In this document: positions 1-8,516 of the stretch, piece by piece | Layout: each line of letters starts with the position of its first letter | Position numbering within the stretch: the stretch's first letter is position 1 | Source of the DNA: an uncultured Kofleriaceae bacterium | GTDB lineage: Bacteria; Myxococcota_A; Polyangia; HGW-17 | Direction: 5' to 3' | DNA: 64,000 bases | Assembly (NCBI GenBank): GCA_964618145.1 | Contig: CAZTZR010000002.1 | Coordinates: 384-64,383 of the forward strand | The notes under the pieces: model-generated | Databases searched by the model: none | The model's input: the letters and a program-made list of their open reading frames with translations, nothing else | Told to the model about the DNA's origin: nothing | Translations under genes and position numbers: made by a program

Positions 1-791
1 CCGTCTTCGAGCAACCGCTCATGAATGCTGTCAAAAGCATCCTCCCCCTTTTGCTCCAGAAGTTCCAGAAATCCTTCCAGTGCTCCGGTGCTCCGGCCAA
101 GGCGTGACGGAACGGGAATGACATTCCACTTGACCTGGCCATCAAACCGGCGCATCACCCCCCGCATGGCCGTGCCAAAACGGCGATCGTGAACCCCGGC
201 ATAACTGACATACCAGGTGATGGTGACAGGAGCCGAAGCAGGACCGATCGTCAGGGTGGGCCAGTCATCCGGGAGACTGTCCGCCAGGAGTTTGTCAAAG
301 TTTTCCGGCAGGCTTTTGCGGGAACCGTCGATCCGGGACATCCAGCGTTCTTTTTCCCGCTGTTCCCTTTCCTCCTCCATCCTGACCTTCCTCTGGTCAG
401 CCTCTTCCCGGATCTTTTCGGCGCGTGTCTGGGCCTGTTGGGTCTGCTGTTTTACCCCGGTCATGGTCACGGCAGTGATGACCCCACCCAGAATGAGCAT
501 GGAAAAAATGATAATGGCTGGAAGGAAAGCCGATACCTTCACGGCAGTCTGCACCTGTCGATGCATGTTTGCCGCACTGTGGGGAATTTCGATGACCGCA
601 GGTCCCTGATATGCAGGTCCGGCCTGGGGGGCAGAGGCCTTGGTTGGGTTGGGGGCCGGTTCGGGATCCGGTGCCTCGAACACCAGGGTGTTGCCACAAT
701 AATCGCAACGAATGGTCATAACCCCCGGATCGTTGCGCAACGAAGCGCCGCAACCAGGACAATTGAGGGATTGTAACTTGGGCTTTTTCAT
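1..791 (-). CDS. Membrane protein, 5' portion only (ORF runs off the window start and is absent from the ORF track). N-terminal Cys4 zinc-ribbon (CPGCG...CDYCG), one TM helix, an ER-rich coiled coil, then a thioredoxin/DsbA-like region without a CxxC motif.
   Basis: Manual translation of the reverse strand from ATG (rc 789-791): MKKPKLQSLNCPGCGASLRNDPGVMTIRCDYCGN...TM...REEADQRKVRMEEEREQREKE...TITWYVSYAGVHDRRF. Open to position 1 with no stop. Confidence 0.5.
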   Translation of the reverse strand, partial: MKKPKLQSLNCPGCGASLRNDPGVMTIRCDYCGNTLVFEAPDPEPAPNPTKASAPQAGPAYQGPAVIEIPHSAANMHRQVQTAVKVSAFLPAIIIFSMLILGGVITAVTMTGVKQQTQQAQTRAEKIREEADQRKVRMEEEREQREKERWMSRIDGSRKSLPENFDKLLADSLPDDWPTLTIGPASAPVTITWYVSYAGVHDRRFGTAMRGVMRRFDGQVKWNVIPVPSRLGRSTGALEGFLELLEQKGEDAFDSIHERLLED

Positions 792-846
792 GACAGATTC
801 ATACCCATGAACCTCTCTTGTGTCAACCTGGAAAGGATGTGTGGTC

Positions 847-1374
847 ATGATGGAGCACCCTCGGGGATTTCATAAAGCCTACTTTGCCGGCGGATGTTTC
901 TGGGGCGTCGAATATCACCTGCGCCGCATCCCGGGTGTGATGGATGTTCTCTCCGGGTTCATGGGAGGCCATCTGGAAAACCCGACGTACCGGGACGTCT
1001 GCACCCGGAACACCGGACACATCGAAACCGTGGAGGTGACTTTCGACCCGGCCATCACGGATTTTGAAACCATTGCCAGGCGTTTCTTTGAAATCCATGA
1101 CCCCACCCAGACGGATCGTCAGGGCCCCGACATCGGGGAGCAATACCGTTCCGTGGTTTTTTTTGTGGATGCAGAACAACAGGCTGTGGCCAGCCGGTTG
1201 ATGGAAGCCCTGCAACACAACGGATATGACGTGGCAACCCGCCTGGAACCGGCATCCCGTTTCTGGTCCGCCGACGAAACCCACCAGCAGTATTATGACC
1301 GTCACCGACGGGAACCTGCCTGCCATTTTCCGGTGGACCGTTTCCGGAAACAGGCCCCCGGGAATGTTGAATAA
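847..1374 (+). CDS. msrA: Peptide methionine sulfoxide reductase MsrA
   Basis: GGCFWG active-site motif near the N-terminus (AYFAGGCFWGVE), typical MsrA length. Start chosen at MMEHPRG; the track start at 820 is also possible. Confidence 0.9.
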   Translation: MMEHPRGFHKAYFAGGCFWGVEYHLRRIPGVMDVLSGFMGGHLENPTYRDVCTRNTGHIETVEVTFDPAITDFETIARRFFEIHDPTQTDRQGPDIGEQYRSVVFFVDAEQQAVASRLMEALQHNGYDVATRLEPASRFWSADETHQQYYDRHRREPACHFPVDRFRKQAPGNVE

Positions 1375-1444
1375 TTCCACTTGCCATCTGTGGGTTTTTC
1401 TGACAATATCCCGCGAAGAGTTTTTTCCGATGAGGATGTGACCC

Positions 1445-2077
1445 ATGACGCAGAACGGGCATGACATGAATTGTTCCTCCACCGGCTGTCGGCTGGTCCG
1501 GGATGATTCCTTCCATGAAGTCGAGCGTCAGGTTACCTTTTCTCCCTTGCAGAAAACCGGATACTTCCTGAGTTACAACCGGTATGCCATACTCATCACC
1601 ACCCTGTCGGTGGTTCTTCCCGGGGCGGCCTTGTGGTTCTTTCCCTGGTATGTCTGGATTCCGGTAACCCTTGTCGCGCTCCGGTCCCTGCTGTGGGCCT
1701 GGCAGATTGCCCGGCAGTACCCCAAGAAACTGCACATCACGAAAAAACAGTTGCTGGCATTGCGCAACGGTTCCTTTCAGAACGAGGCCATTGTCCGCTA
1801 TTGTGGCGATCCCTGCTACCGTGTGGTGGCCCACCACGTGCTGGCCCAGGCCCTGGTGCCTGCCTCCGAACGCAGGAAACTCGTTCGCGAAAACATCGAA
1901 AAAGCTCAAAGCCTGTCCCACGCCATGGTGTTTGTGGATCACGAACACAAAAACGTGGTGACAGTCATCAATGGTGTGATGACGAAAAAACCCTTAACTG
2001 AAACAGGAGAAACCCATGGTTCAAATGACACCGAAAACCCAGGAAGCGCTCAATCATGTCCAACTGCTGCAGGGTGA
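1445..2077 (+). CDS. Hypothetical membrane protein with two TM helices and a bacterial PH-like C-terminal region
   Basis: ORF with hydrophobic hairpin (AILITTLSVVLPGAALWFFPWYVWIPVTLVAL) followed by a soluble domain. The 3' end overlaps the next gene by about 60 bp in another frame, so the C-terminal tail is uncertain. Confidence 0.4.
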   Translation: MTQNGHDMNCSSTGCRLVRDDSFHEVERQVTFSPLQKTGYFLSYNRYAILITTLSVVLPGAALWFFPWYVWIPVTLVALRSLLWAWQIARQYPKKLHITKKQLLALRNGSFQNEAIVRYCGDPCYRVVAHHVLAQALVPASERRKLVRENIEKAQSLSHAMVFVDHEHKNVVTVINGVMTKKPLTETGETHGSNDTENPGSAQSCPTAAG

Positions 2078-2477
2078 AGAAATCCAGTATGCCATTCAGG
2101 CGGATGGATTCTTCGTCGGCACCAGCCCCATCGAAAAGGCCATTGCCCAGTTCCAGGCCTTCATTACCAAAGTCACGGGCGGACACATCCGGATGTTCCT
2201 GATCATCACCAACATGCGCGTCCTGCTGATTGAATCCACCGCCAAGTGCTGTGGTTTCTCCGCCACCCGCGTGGTTCACACCATCGCCGCCAAATCCGTG
2301 GTGGAAGCCGGCACCATCCGTGAAACCCAGTGGTGCTGCTTCCACACCCGCATGATCCAGGTGGAAAGCCTGACCCAGAAGTACGTGCTGGTCACCAAGA
2401 AGATGACCGACCAGGAACTGCTGGAATTCATCACCCGCATGTCCCTTCTGATCACGCGCAACCCGGCCGCGCACTAG
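2016..2477 (+). CDS. Hypothetical cytoplasmic protein (PH/GRAM-like fold suspected)
   Basis: Good RBS (AGGAGA) 7 nt upstream of the ATG. 153-aa ORF ending 56 bp before iorA. Confidence 0.5.
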   Translation: MVQMTPKTQEALNHVQLLQGEEIQYAIQADGFFVGTSPIEKAIAQFQAFITKVTGGHIRMFLIITNMRVLLIESTAKCCGFSATRVVHTIAAKSVVEAGTIRETQWCCFHTRMIQVESLTQKYVLVTKKMTDQELLEFITRMSLLITRNPAAH

Positions 2478-2533
2478 CACCGGAAGTATTCCCCTTTTTT
2501 CCGGCAACCCCAAATAACCAATGGAAAACCGAT

Positions 2534-4438
2534 ATGGATAATACCCATTTTCTTGTACGTCCCGAAGCCGTCTCGGAGATCATGATGGGCAACACCGCCA
2601 TCGTGCGCGCCATGGCCGTGGCCAAAACCCGGGTGGTCACCGCCTATCCGGGTTCTCCCACCCCGGAGATCGCGGATGCCATCTCCCGCATTCCTGCCGG
2701 GGAAAGACCCTTTGCCTTCGAGTTTTCCACCAATGAAAAGGTGGCCACCGAAGTGGCCTTCGGCGCTTCCATCAACGGGCACCTTTCCTGCGTGTTTTTC
2801 AAGAGTGTGGGACTGAACGTGGCCGCCGACACTTTCGTGCAACTGTCCCTCATGGAACTGACCGGAGGCATGGTGATTGTCCTGGGGGACGACCCCGGCT
2901 GCAATTCCAGCCAGAATGAACAGGACAATCGCCACATTGCACGCATGGCCTACACTCCGGTATGGGAACCCGTGGACCCCCAGGAGGTCCACGACATGTA
3001 CCTGGAGGCGGCTGCCTGGTCCCAACAGATGAAGATGCCCGTGATCCTGCGGCTGACCACCCATGTCTGCCACGCCAAAATGCGGGTGAACAGTCCGGAA
3101 AATACCCCGGCCATCCCGGATGACACCCCACGGTTCGATCCGACTGCCGGCCCCTACATGCCCATCACCCGGCTGGTGCCGCCCCTGAAGAAAAAAGCCC
3201 GGGAAAAACTGGAAAAAACCCGGGAAATATCCGAAAATACCCCCTTCACCCGGGTGATTCGATCCAGTAACGGATCCCCCCGGGGCATCATCACCGCAGG
3301 TCTTCCCCTGGCCTCCCTGCTGGAGGTGATCCAGAACCTGGACTCCCCACCGGACATCCTGCGTCTGGGATTGGTGCACCCATTGCCCGAAAAAGCCATC
3401 GGTCAGTTCCTGCAGGAGCATGAGGAAGTGAAAATCCTGGAGGAACTGGACGACTTCATCGAGCAGGGAGTCTATCGCATCGCCTGTCGCCAAGGCCTGA
3501 GATGCCGCATTTACGGCAAGGAAAATGCCGAAGACTGGATCGGGGAATACACCCCGTCCAAGGTGCGGGACATCCTGCACCACCTCTGGCCGGACATGGT
3601 CCCGGCTGGTCCACGCACGGAGACCGGACTGACCCCCCGTGCCCCGCAGATGTGTCCGGGGTGCGGGCATCGCAGTGCATTCTTTGCCATCAAGCAGGCC
3701 CTTCGTGAAGATGACATCACCGTGGCCGACATCGGCTGTCATACCCTGGGGTTTTTGCCTCCCTACCAGGTGGGCCAGGTGCTTTTGTGCATGGGTGCCT
3801 CCTGCGGCATCGCGGCAGGGCTTTCCCTGTTCCAGAAATCCAGGCGGGTGGTGGCCTTTCTGGGGGATTCCACCTTGTTCCATGCAGGAATACCGGGGAT
3901 CATCAACGCGCTGTTCAACCGCCACGACTTTACCCTGATCGTGATGGAGAACGGCACGACTGCCATGACCGGTCACCAGGCCCACGCCGGTTCCGGAGCC
4001 AACTTCAACGGTCCCTCCGAAGCCATTTCCATCCGCCGCCTTCTGGAATCCCTGGGCGCAAGGGTTTCCGAAGTGGACACCTATTCCCAGGGAAAACTCA
4101 CCCAACTGGTAAAAGCAGCCAATGAGGAAGGCGGGTTCCAGGTGATCATCGCCCGGCATCCCTGCATGCTGGCCCAGCAGCGCAGGGAAAGCCGCAAACC
4201 CGGTTTCATCCGGCGTCAGGTCCATATCCTGCAGGAGACCTGCAACCAGCAACATGTATGTGTCAAGAAGTTCGGCTGCCCATCGTTCTTCCTGGAGCCC
4301 GACGGCATGGTGCACGTCAACACGGATCTTTGCATCGGGGATGGCTCCTGTCTGCAGACATGCCCGCAAAAGGCCATTTCCCCACCCCAAGCGGTAAAAA
4401 CCATTGAAACCCCTCCTGAAAGGCCGGTGAAACCATGA
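2534..4438 (+). CDS. iorA: Indolepyruvate:ferredoxin oxidoreductase alpha subunit (TPP-binding, C-terminal 4Fe-4S ferredoxin domain)
   Basis: N-terminus MDNTHFLVRPEAVSEIMMGNTAIVRAMAV, TPP motif region GDSTLFHAGIPGIINA, C-terminal CxxCxxC...CP clusters. The track start at 2330 is an upstream in-frame extension with no protein-like content. Confidence 0.9.
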   Translation: MDNTHFLVRPEAVSEIMMGNTAIVRAMAVAKTRVVTAYPGSPTPEIADAISRIPAGERPFAFEFSTNEKVATEVAFGASINGHLSCVFFKSVGLNVAADTFVQLSLMELTGGMVIVLGDDPGCNSSQNEQDNRHIARMAYTPVWEPVDPQEVHDMYLEAAAWSQQMKMPVILRLTTHVCHAKMRVNSPENTPAIPDDTPRFDPTAGPYMPITRLVPPLKKKAREKLEKTREISENTPFTRVIRSSNGSPRGIITAGLPLASLLEVIQNLDSPPDILRLGLVHPLPEKAIGQFLQEHEEVKILEELDDFIEQGVYRIACRQGLRCRIYGKENAEDWIGEYTPSKVRDILHHLWPDMVPAGPRTETGLTPRAPQMCPGCGHRSAFFAIKQALREDDITVADIGCHTLGFLPPYQVGQVLLCMGASCGIAAGLSLFQKSRRVVAFLGDSTLFHAGIPGIINALFNRHDFTLIVMENGTTAMTGHQAHAGSGANFNGPSEAISIRRLLESLGARVSEVDTYSQGKLTQLVKAANEEGGFQVIIARHPCMLAQQRRESRKPGFIRRQVHILQETCNQQHVCVKKFGCPSFFLEPDGMVHVNTDLCIGDGSCLQTCPQKAISPPQAVKTIETPPERPVKP

Positions 4439-5007
4439 ACACCCAGATTTACATGATTGGCGTGGGCGGACAGGGTATCGGACTGCTGGCAGAAGTGCTG
4501 GCGTTCGCCTGCGATGCGGCCGGTCTGGACCTGCGGGCGGTAGACACCCACGGTCTCGCCCAGCGGGGCGGTTCCGTGGAAAGTTTTTTGCGGGTGGGGA
4601 AGGTGCATTCCCCTTTGATTGCCCCCCACGAGGCGGATCTGGTGATTGCCCTGGAACGCACGGAAGCCCTGCGGGGACTGTTGTCCTACGCCAAACCCGG
4701 CGGTCAATTGTATTACTACGACACTTCCTGGCAACCCCTGTCGGTCCGCCTGGGAAGTGAAAACACCTGCACCGATGAATCCATTCAGAAACAGGCAGAT
4801 CGTCTGGGGGTGCACATCCACCGGATCTTCATTCCGGATTTGCCGGACACCCGGATGCAGAATGTGGCGGTACTCGCCCGGCTGGCCGCCGATGAAGTCA
4901 TCCCCTCCGTGAAGAAGGAACACTTTCTGGAAGCCTTGCAAAGTCTTCTTCCCCCCAAGGTATCCCAAGGCAACCTGGATTTGTTTGAAAGAATTTACAA
5001 TCAGTAA
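4435..5007 (+). CDS. iorB: Indolepyruvate:ferredoxin oxidoreductase beta subunit (pyruvate/2-oxoacid oxidoreductase gamma-like family)
   Basis: MIGVGGQGIGLLAEVLA motif. ATGA start/stop overlap with iorA indicates translational coupling. Confidence 0.85.
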   Translation: MNTQIYMIGVGGQGIGLLAEVLAFACDAAGLDLRAVDTHGLAQRGGSVESFLRVGKVHSPLIAPHEADLVIALERTEALRGLLSYAKPGGQLYYYDTSWQPLSVRLGSENTCTDESIQKQADRLGVHIHRIFIPDLPDTRMQNVAVLARLAADEVIPSVKKEHFLEALQSLLPPKVSQGNLDLFERIYNQ

Positions 5008-5021
5008 AAAATGGGAGCCTG

Positions 5022-5366
5022 TCAGATTCCCGCTGTCAGGGAAGAGAAGTATTTAGTCACTGCCCATACTTCCTTGGCTTTGAGTCCCAGGAACTGAACC
5101 CCCACTCCCCACATCTGATCGCCAACCTTTTCCGTCCATCGGACCACTGCGTCCACCTTGACCGGAACATCCAGCGTGGGAATGGAAAAAACGAGTTTGA
5201 ACAACTCCTGGCGTTCCACAGGAAAATCACAATGAAAATACAGGCCACCGACACTGATGTTCTGGATTTCGGCAGTCCGGATGGTTTCGTTCTGCTGGAT
5301 TTCGATCGGCAGGATCACATCGTGACGCTGGTTCACGCGCCGGGTGGAAGGATTCAGGGTCATCAT
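5022..5366 (-). CDS. PilZ-domain protein (putative c-di-GMP receptor)
   Basis: 114 aa, RxxxR...D/NxSxxG-type PilZ signature (RRVNQRHDV ... NISVGGLYF). Confidence 0.7.
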   Translation of the reverse strand: MMTLNPSTRRVNQRHDVILPIEIQQNETIRTAEIQNISVGGLYFHCDFPVERQELFKLVFSIPTLDVPVKVDAVVRWTEKVGDQMWGVGVQFLGLKAKEVWAVTKYFSSLTAGI

Positions 5367-5397
5367 GTCACCTGTCGGACCTGCAATGCAGGCAAAA

Positions 5398-6300
5398 TCA
5401 TCGATCCGGAACCGTTTCCAGACCGGTTACATCATTCAGAAGCCGGATGGCCAACTCGCCACCGGCCAGCACCAGTTCACCACGAGCCAAAAGGCGATTG
5501 TCATACAGCAGTTGGACCTGCTGGCCAAAAGCGCCGTGAAGGGGAATGACTGCCCCCTGGGTCAGGGCTGACAATTCACTTCCACGCAGCCGGATTCTTC
5601 CGATCTCCACGGAAATTTCAAGCGGAAACTGATCCGGCGGCGAAGGTTTCATGACCCATTCTCCATCGACAATCAGGCCCTCCGGGGAGGGCCTCACGGG
5701 CAACCACATATCATGTCGGCCAAGCCAAGCCAAATGTTTAGTTGTCCAACCCGGAAAAACCACTTCCCGGGCCCGGGCATTCCACACAGCCTCCACAGGC
5801 AAAAAACCGGCACAAAGGCTCAGATGGAACAAAAAGGAGGGGAACGTGGAAACCGGGAAAAAAGGTTCGTCTTCGTCCACGAGGCCCGGGGAACAATACA
5901 CCATGAAATGACCGCCGGGAACATGAACAAGTGCGGCCTTTGCCCGACCGGTGGACACCTCCGGAAAAGGACCACGGCGATTAACAGAAAATACCATGGG
6001 CCGATCCACCTCCATGCAACGAAAAAAACTGTCTGCAGGGTCCTGGGGAAACAACATCTGCAGCATGCGCAGGGAGGGTTGTGGCAGGCCAATGGAAACC
6101 TCCCCCGGAAAAATCCACCACGAAGCCGGTTCCGGACGGAACCCGGGAAGGTTCTGCCAGAAACAGGAGCCATGCACCTCTTGCCCGAATGCTGTCAGGG
6201 TCCCTTCCAGATAGCGGGACAACCGGCATTCCTGCAATTGTTGTTGCCAGTGCACCGGAGGGAGCCGACGAAGCAACGGATTAAGAACAGAACCATGCAT
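5398..6300 (-). CDS. SpoA-domain protein (FliN/FliY/SctQ family, C-terminal surface-presentation-of-antigens domain). N-terminal ~210 aa are unassigned.
   Basis: C-terminus PLEISVEIGRIRLRGSELSALTQGAVIPLHGAFGQQVQLLYDNRLLARGELVLAGGELAIRL matches the FliN/YscQ SpoA fold. Lies 31 bp upstream of PilZ on the same strand. Confidence 0.65.
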   Translation of the reverse strand: MHGSVLNPLLRRLPPVHWQQQLQECRLSRYLEGTLTAFGQEVHGSCFWQNLPGFRPEPASWWIFPGEVSIGLPQPSLRMLQMLFPQDPADSFFRCMEVDRPMVFSVNRRGPFPEVSTGRAKAALVHVPGGHFMVYCSPGLVDEDEPFFPVSTFPSFLFHLSLCAGFLPVEAVWNARAREVVFPGWTTKHLAWLGRHDMWLPVRPSPEGLIVDGEWVMKPSPPDQFPLEISVEIGRIRLRGSELSALTQGAVIPLHGAFGQQVQLLYDNRLLARGELVLAGGELAIRLLNDVTGLETVPDR

Positions 6301-6393
6301 AGTAATTCATCACAGAATGAAACCGATTGAATTATTTAGTGGATTTGGATTATTTTTTCAAGAGAAAAATGAAAAATACAAAAAAGAAGGAAA

Positions 6394-8367
6394 TCAGGGG
6401 TTAACCGTGATCTGCAGGCGCCAGGAGTTGAGCGTTCCTGCATCAGCCTCATACTGGTCAATGACAATCAGGCGCCAGGAACCCTGGGTGGAGACGCCGT
6501 TGAGGGCAGTCACCTGGAAGGTGCGAATGAGGTTTTCCTCATAGTCCGAATCATCCGCAAACAGTACGACTTCCTGCCCGCCGGGGGCGCGCAGTTTGAC
6601 GATCAGGTCGGGACGGAACGGGTGGGTGATGTTCACATCCACCGAGAGAGCCGCCACGGTACCGGCTACCGGAACCTCAATGATGGAGGTCACTCCGTTT
6701 TCATCGCCATCGGGGATACCCACGGCATTGGTGTTCGTCATATCCACCGCCTGTACTTCCTGACAGGCCGCATCCTCCGCGCAGGCCGGATCCGCGCAGT
6801 CAATCATGCCATTTCCATCGTTGTCGATTCCATCGTCACAGATTTCCGCCGGCACTTCCCCGGTCAGGAAGAATTCCAGGGACCAGGAATTCAGGCGACC
6901 CGTATCGGAACCGGCCCGGTCGGAAACCCGCAGCGTCCAGTCTCCTGTGATGCTCTTCTGGTCGAAGTCCGTGAGGGTATACGTCTTGCGGATGTCATCC
7001 GTGGAGCCGCCTTCGCGGTTGTGCAGGGTCGCCACGGTTCCATCGGGACCTTCGAGGGCCACGATCAGATCCCCGATGTACGTATGGGAGATGTCCACCG
7101 TGACAAACAGTTTGCCGATGGTGCCGGGCTGAGTCACCTGAATCACCGAGGAAATGCCTGTGGTGGTGTTGTCGGGGATGTTCATCTGGGTGTTGTTCGA
7201 GAAAACCAGACCGGCAGGCCGGCAAGCCGGATGATCCGCACAGTCTTCGTCCGCGCAGTCAATCTTGCCGTCAAAATCATTGTCCACGCCGTCATCACAG
7301 ACTTCCCGCAGGTCGAGTTTGGGAACGCCAGAACCGTAAACCGTGGCGTATTCTTCCACATAGCGATAGGACAGCCAGCCATAACCGGCGCCGAACTTGT
7401 TGCGAATGCCGAATCCGGTGGTGCCCCAGGAATTCTTGAACAGGAAAAAGCCTTTTTCCATCATGGGATTGCCATTGGCGTCCTTGATGATCTTGCCTTC
7501 GCCGTCCCGCATGGGAACCTCAAGGTTGTCATCCCATCCCAGAAGCAGGATGGCATGACCGGCGCGCTTCTTCAGGCTTTCTTCCTTGTCCTTTTCGTTC
7601 GGATAGGTGACATACCCTTCGCTCCAGTAGTCGGAATTGATGGGCAACGTACCCGCCCGGTGATTCCAGGACTGGTAGAAAAAGGTCATACCGGCAACGA
7701 CTCCGGCCTGGTTTTCGGATATGAAGGCCTTGATGGAGCGGTTGCGGGAGTTGACGAAACGACCGGCAGGAAGCTTGAAGCGGTGGGAAGACATGGCGGA
7801 TTCCGGCGGATCACCATTGGTGAAACACACCACAGGACGGGTGTCTTCCTCGCCGGTACAGCGCGGATCATCGGAAGCACTCCAGGGGCGGCTCTGATAC
7901 GGCCAGGCGCTTTCCTGCACCACTCCATAGCGGGAGATGGCGGCCAGGTTGTCCCGGGCGGAGGAACCTTCCGTGTTGGTGAAGGCGCCAACTTCCACCT
8001 TTACAGACCACTGAAGGAACTGCTCGGAGAAGTCCGGGTTGGGAATGCTGCCTTCCTTGAGATACAGATGTTCCATCAGCGCTACGGCGGCAAAAATGGA
8101 GCATACACCCCGGCTGCCCTGGCTCTTGACCGGACTCTGGGTGTCAATCAGGTCGAATGTCGCAGGATAGGTCGCGTCAAATTTGCCGTCCTCAGGCAGT
8201 TCGGAATTGGAAGGAGCTCCCGCAAAGAGGGAAGCCTCATCGGAAAGTGGCGCTTCGCTGTCATGCGGATTCGCCGTGATGGGACCTTTTTTGGATTCCT
8301 CGCAACCCGTGCCCAGCACCAGCGCAAGCATAATGAACAAAGAAATCAACATCCTTGTCGTTTTCAC
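6394..8367 (-). CDS. Secreted lipoprotein: papain-like (C1) cysteine peptidase domain followed by two [Cys/Asp-rich module + proprotein-convertase P-domain] units
   Basis: Signal peptide with lipobox (LVLGTGC). C1 catalytic motifs QGSRGVCSIFAAVA (Cys), GHAILLLGWDD (His), NSWGTTGFG (Asn). Two P_proprotein-like domains (ISHTYIGDLIVALEGPDGT...GDWTLRVSDRAGSDTGRLNSWSLEF and ITHPFRPDLIVKLRAPGG...GSWRLIVIDQYEADAGTLNSWRLQI). Two CDDGxDNDxxGxIDCADxxC modules. Confidence 0.8.
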   Translation of the reverse strand: MKTTRMLISLFIMLALVLGTGCEESKKGPITANPHDSEAPLSDEASLFAGAPSNSELPEDGKFDATYPATFDLIDTQSPVKSQGSRGVCSIFAAVALMEHLYLKEGSIPNPDFSEQFLQWSVKVEVGAFTNTEGSSARDNLAAISRYGVVQESAWPYQSRPWSASDDPRCTGEEDTRPVVCFTNGDPPESAMSSHRFKLPAGRFVNSRNRSIKAFISENQAGVVAGMTFFYQSWNHRAGTLPINSDYWSEGYVTYPNEKDKEESLKKRAGHAILLLGWDDNLEVPMRDGEGKIIKDANGNPMMEKGFFLFKNSWGTTGFGIRNKFGAGYGWLSYRYVEEYATVYGSGVPKLDLREVCDDGVDNDFDGKIDCADEDCADHPACRPAGLVFSNNTQMNIPDNTTTGISSVIQVTQPGTIGKLFVTVDISHTYIGDLIVALEGPDGTVATLHNREGGSTDDIRKTYTLTDFDQKSITGDWTLRVSDRAGSDTGRLNSWSLEFFLTGEVPAEICDDGIDNDGNGMIDCADPACAEDAACQEVQAVDMTNTNAVGIPDGDENGVTSIIEVPVAGTVAALSVDVNITHPFRPDLIVKLRAPGGQEVVLFADDSDYEENLIRTFQVTALNGVSTQGSWRLIVIDQYEADAGTLNSWRLQITVNP

Positions 8368-8516
8368 TTTTCACCTCGGTTTTTCCCAAATGGTTAGTCA
8401 AACTTCCTTGCAAAGTAAGGAATACACACACAAAAGGCGTTTTGTAGGGCAGTACACCCTCTTTGTCAAGGAAAAAAGAAAGGTTGTAGTATAAATAATA
8501 TTGAACTCTCTGGATT

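Noticed and set aside
2330-2533. Upstream extension of iorA proposed by the ORF track (start 2330)
   Set aside because: The extension is a Pro/His/Gly-rich translation overlapping the preceding gene. The conserved IorA N-terminus begins at MDNTHF (2534), which has a plausible RBS.
2474-4390. 638-aa minus-strand ORF antisense to iorA. Similar long antisense ORFs occur at 6622-8397(+), 11561-13252(+), 14329-15126(-), 27861-29834(+), 31799-33412(+), 50361-52889(+) and 53733-54854(+).
   Set aside because: These are typical stop-codon-poor antisense frames of a ~60% GC genome. Their translations are Gly/Arg/His/Pro-rich and low-complexity with no domain-like patterns. The opposite strand in every case encodes a well-supported protein.
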